Assembly: GCA_963712855.1 (NCBI GenBank)
Contig: CAVQJN010000002.1
Location: forward strand, 1,881,282 to 1,945,281
DNA from: Thermoanaerobaculia bacterium
GTDB taxonomy: Bacteria; Acidobacteriota; Thermoanaerobaculia; Multivoradales; JAGPDF01
Direction: 5' to 3'
DNA length: 64,000 nt
Position numbers and translations under genes: made by a program. Shown here one piece after another: positions 63,101 through 64,000 of the stretch. The notes beneath the pieces are model-generated. The model searched no databases. It was not told the DNA's origin and worked only from the letters and a program-made list of their open reading frames with translations. Every line of letters starts with the position of its first letter. Position 1 is the first letter of the stretch.

Positions 63101-63740
63101 GCATCGCACCCGCGAGCCGCCTCGGTTCCATCGCCGCCGGCGCCTCCTCCGATCGTCCCCGGACGACGGAGGGCGACGATGGAAGGCGCCGCTCCGTGAG
63201 GCGCGCTCTCGGAACGGCGCTCCACCGCGCGCTCGAGCTCCAACCGGTGGCCGCGGCCGACCAGGGCCGGTGGCGCAGCGGAGTCGAGAGTGCTTTCCTG
63301 CGCGGACTTCCGACCGCCTCGGCGGCGGAACGGGAGGGCTCGCCCGTGCCCTCGAGACGCTGCGAGCCGGTTCCGCCTGGCGGCGGCTCGAAGCGCTGCA
63401 GCCCCGGATCGTGGCGCGCGAGCTGCCCCTGGCGGTCGCGGCGAAGCCCGGCGATGGTGGGGGTCCCACCGCCGGCATCGTCGGGACGCTCGACCTTCTC
63501 TATCGAGATCCCGACTCCAACGATTGGGTGGTCGCCGATTTCAAGAGCGACGACCTGGATAGCGACGCCGACGTCACGGCCACGCTCGATCTCTACGCGC
63601 CGCAGCTGCGCGCCTACGGCGAAGCGGTCCGACGAGCTCTGGTTCTCGATCGCACTCCACGCCTCGAGCTCTGGCTGCTTTCCATCGACCGGATCGCGCC
63701 CCTTCCCGCCGAGGCCACGGAGCCGCCCGAATCCCGGTAA
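60153..63740 (+). pseudogene. addA: AddA/RecB-type UvrD-family helicase-nuclease, split across three reading-frame segments by two apparent single-base frameshifts (pseudogene or assembly errors)
   Basis: Frame A, 60153 to about 61800: motifs I (LEAGAGTGKT), Ia (ITFTEAAAAEM), II (LLVDEFQDTD), III (VGDPKQSIYGWRSAE) and IV (NFRSVPP). Frame +1, about 61800 to 63265: motifs V (LTVHTAKGLQFRQVYLV), VI (LLYVAMTRAAERLVV) and nuclease motif GTALHRALE. This +1 frame stays open to the window edge and so is absent from the ORF track. Frame A again, about 63270 to 63740: GIVGTLDLLYRDPDSNDWVVADFKSD nuclease motif and the stop. Confidence 0.7.
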
Positions 63741-63823
63741 CATCCACGGCTCCGGCGGTCAGCGTGCACGGTCTCGCCCGAGCCATCGCGAGCGCGCCGC
63801 ACCGGATCCGTCGGGACCGAGAC

Positions 63824-64000
63824 ATGTCGACGACCTACACCTCCTACCTTCGGCTCGCCGAGCTCCTCGCCTGCCAGGTCCCGAAATCGCCCGGGCCCGA
63901 ACACGACGAGATGCTGTTCATCGTCATCCACCAGGTCTACGAGCTCTGGTTCAAGGAAATGCTGCACGAGCTGGACTACCTCGGCGCTCGTCTCGACGCC
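63824..64000 (+). CDS. kynA: Tryptophan 2,3-dioxygenase, N-terminal fragment (continues beyond the window)
   Basis: The ATG at 63824 gives [58 protein letters not shown], the conserved TDO N-terminal helix motif. It is not in the ORF track because there is no stop in the window. Confidence 0.75.
   Translation, partial: MSTTYTSYLRLAELLACQVPKSPGPEHDEMLFIVIHQVYELWFKEMLHELDYLGARLDA

Overview
The window is a high-GC (roughly 68-70%), gene-dense bacterial chromosomal segment. Nearly every gene is core housekeeping. The taxon cannot be assigned from the sequence alone; the gene content is that of a Gram-negative, sigma-54-using, aerobic or facultative organism.

Gene order, left to right:
(1) Complex I genes nuoF (3' fragment), G, H, J, K, L, M, N with no nuoI, followed by the NADH-sensing repressor gene rex.
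(2) A long minus-strand run: rsmD, a secreted hypothetical, dnaE, pgsA, a TPR lipoprotein, hfq, miaA, comEC, a DnaD-domain protein, coaX, birA, valS, an orphan receiver protein, then a split methylmalonyl-CoA-mutase-like pair interrupted by a DinB/YfiT-like gene, a GT2 glycosyltransferase and two tandem acyl-CoA dehydrogenases (the second frameshifted).
(3) pyrE, then an NtrC-type sigma-54 activator immediately downstream of an HtrA/DegP protease gene that carries a textbook -24/-12 promoter.
(4) The conserved rimP-nusA-infB-DUF503-rbfA-nrnA-truB-rpsO-pnp block, then nif3.
(5) A LuxR/PAS regulator, tatD, metG, hslO and radC.
(6) An agmatinase-family gene with phaA-phaB.
(7) A serine hydrolase gene divergent from an addB-addA helicase-nuclease operon whose addA is broken into three reading-frame segments.
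(8) The start of a tryptophan 2,3-dioxygenase gene running off the right edge.

There is no CRISPR array, tRNA/rRNA gene, transposase, integrase or obvious defence island. The most unusual local signals are:
- the disrupted addA and second ACAD, which are genuine pseudogenes or assembly indels;
- the nuo cluster without nuoI and with rex attached;
- the sigma-54-driven htrA;
- the mutase pair split by a DinB-like gene.
All family calls rest on motif-level reading of the translations and should be confirmed by database search.
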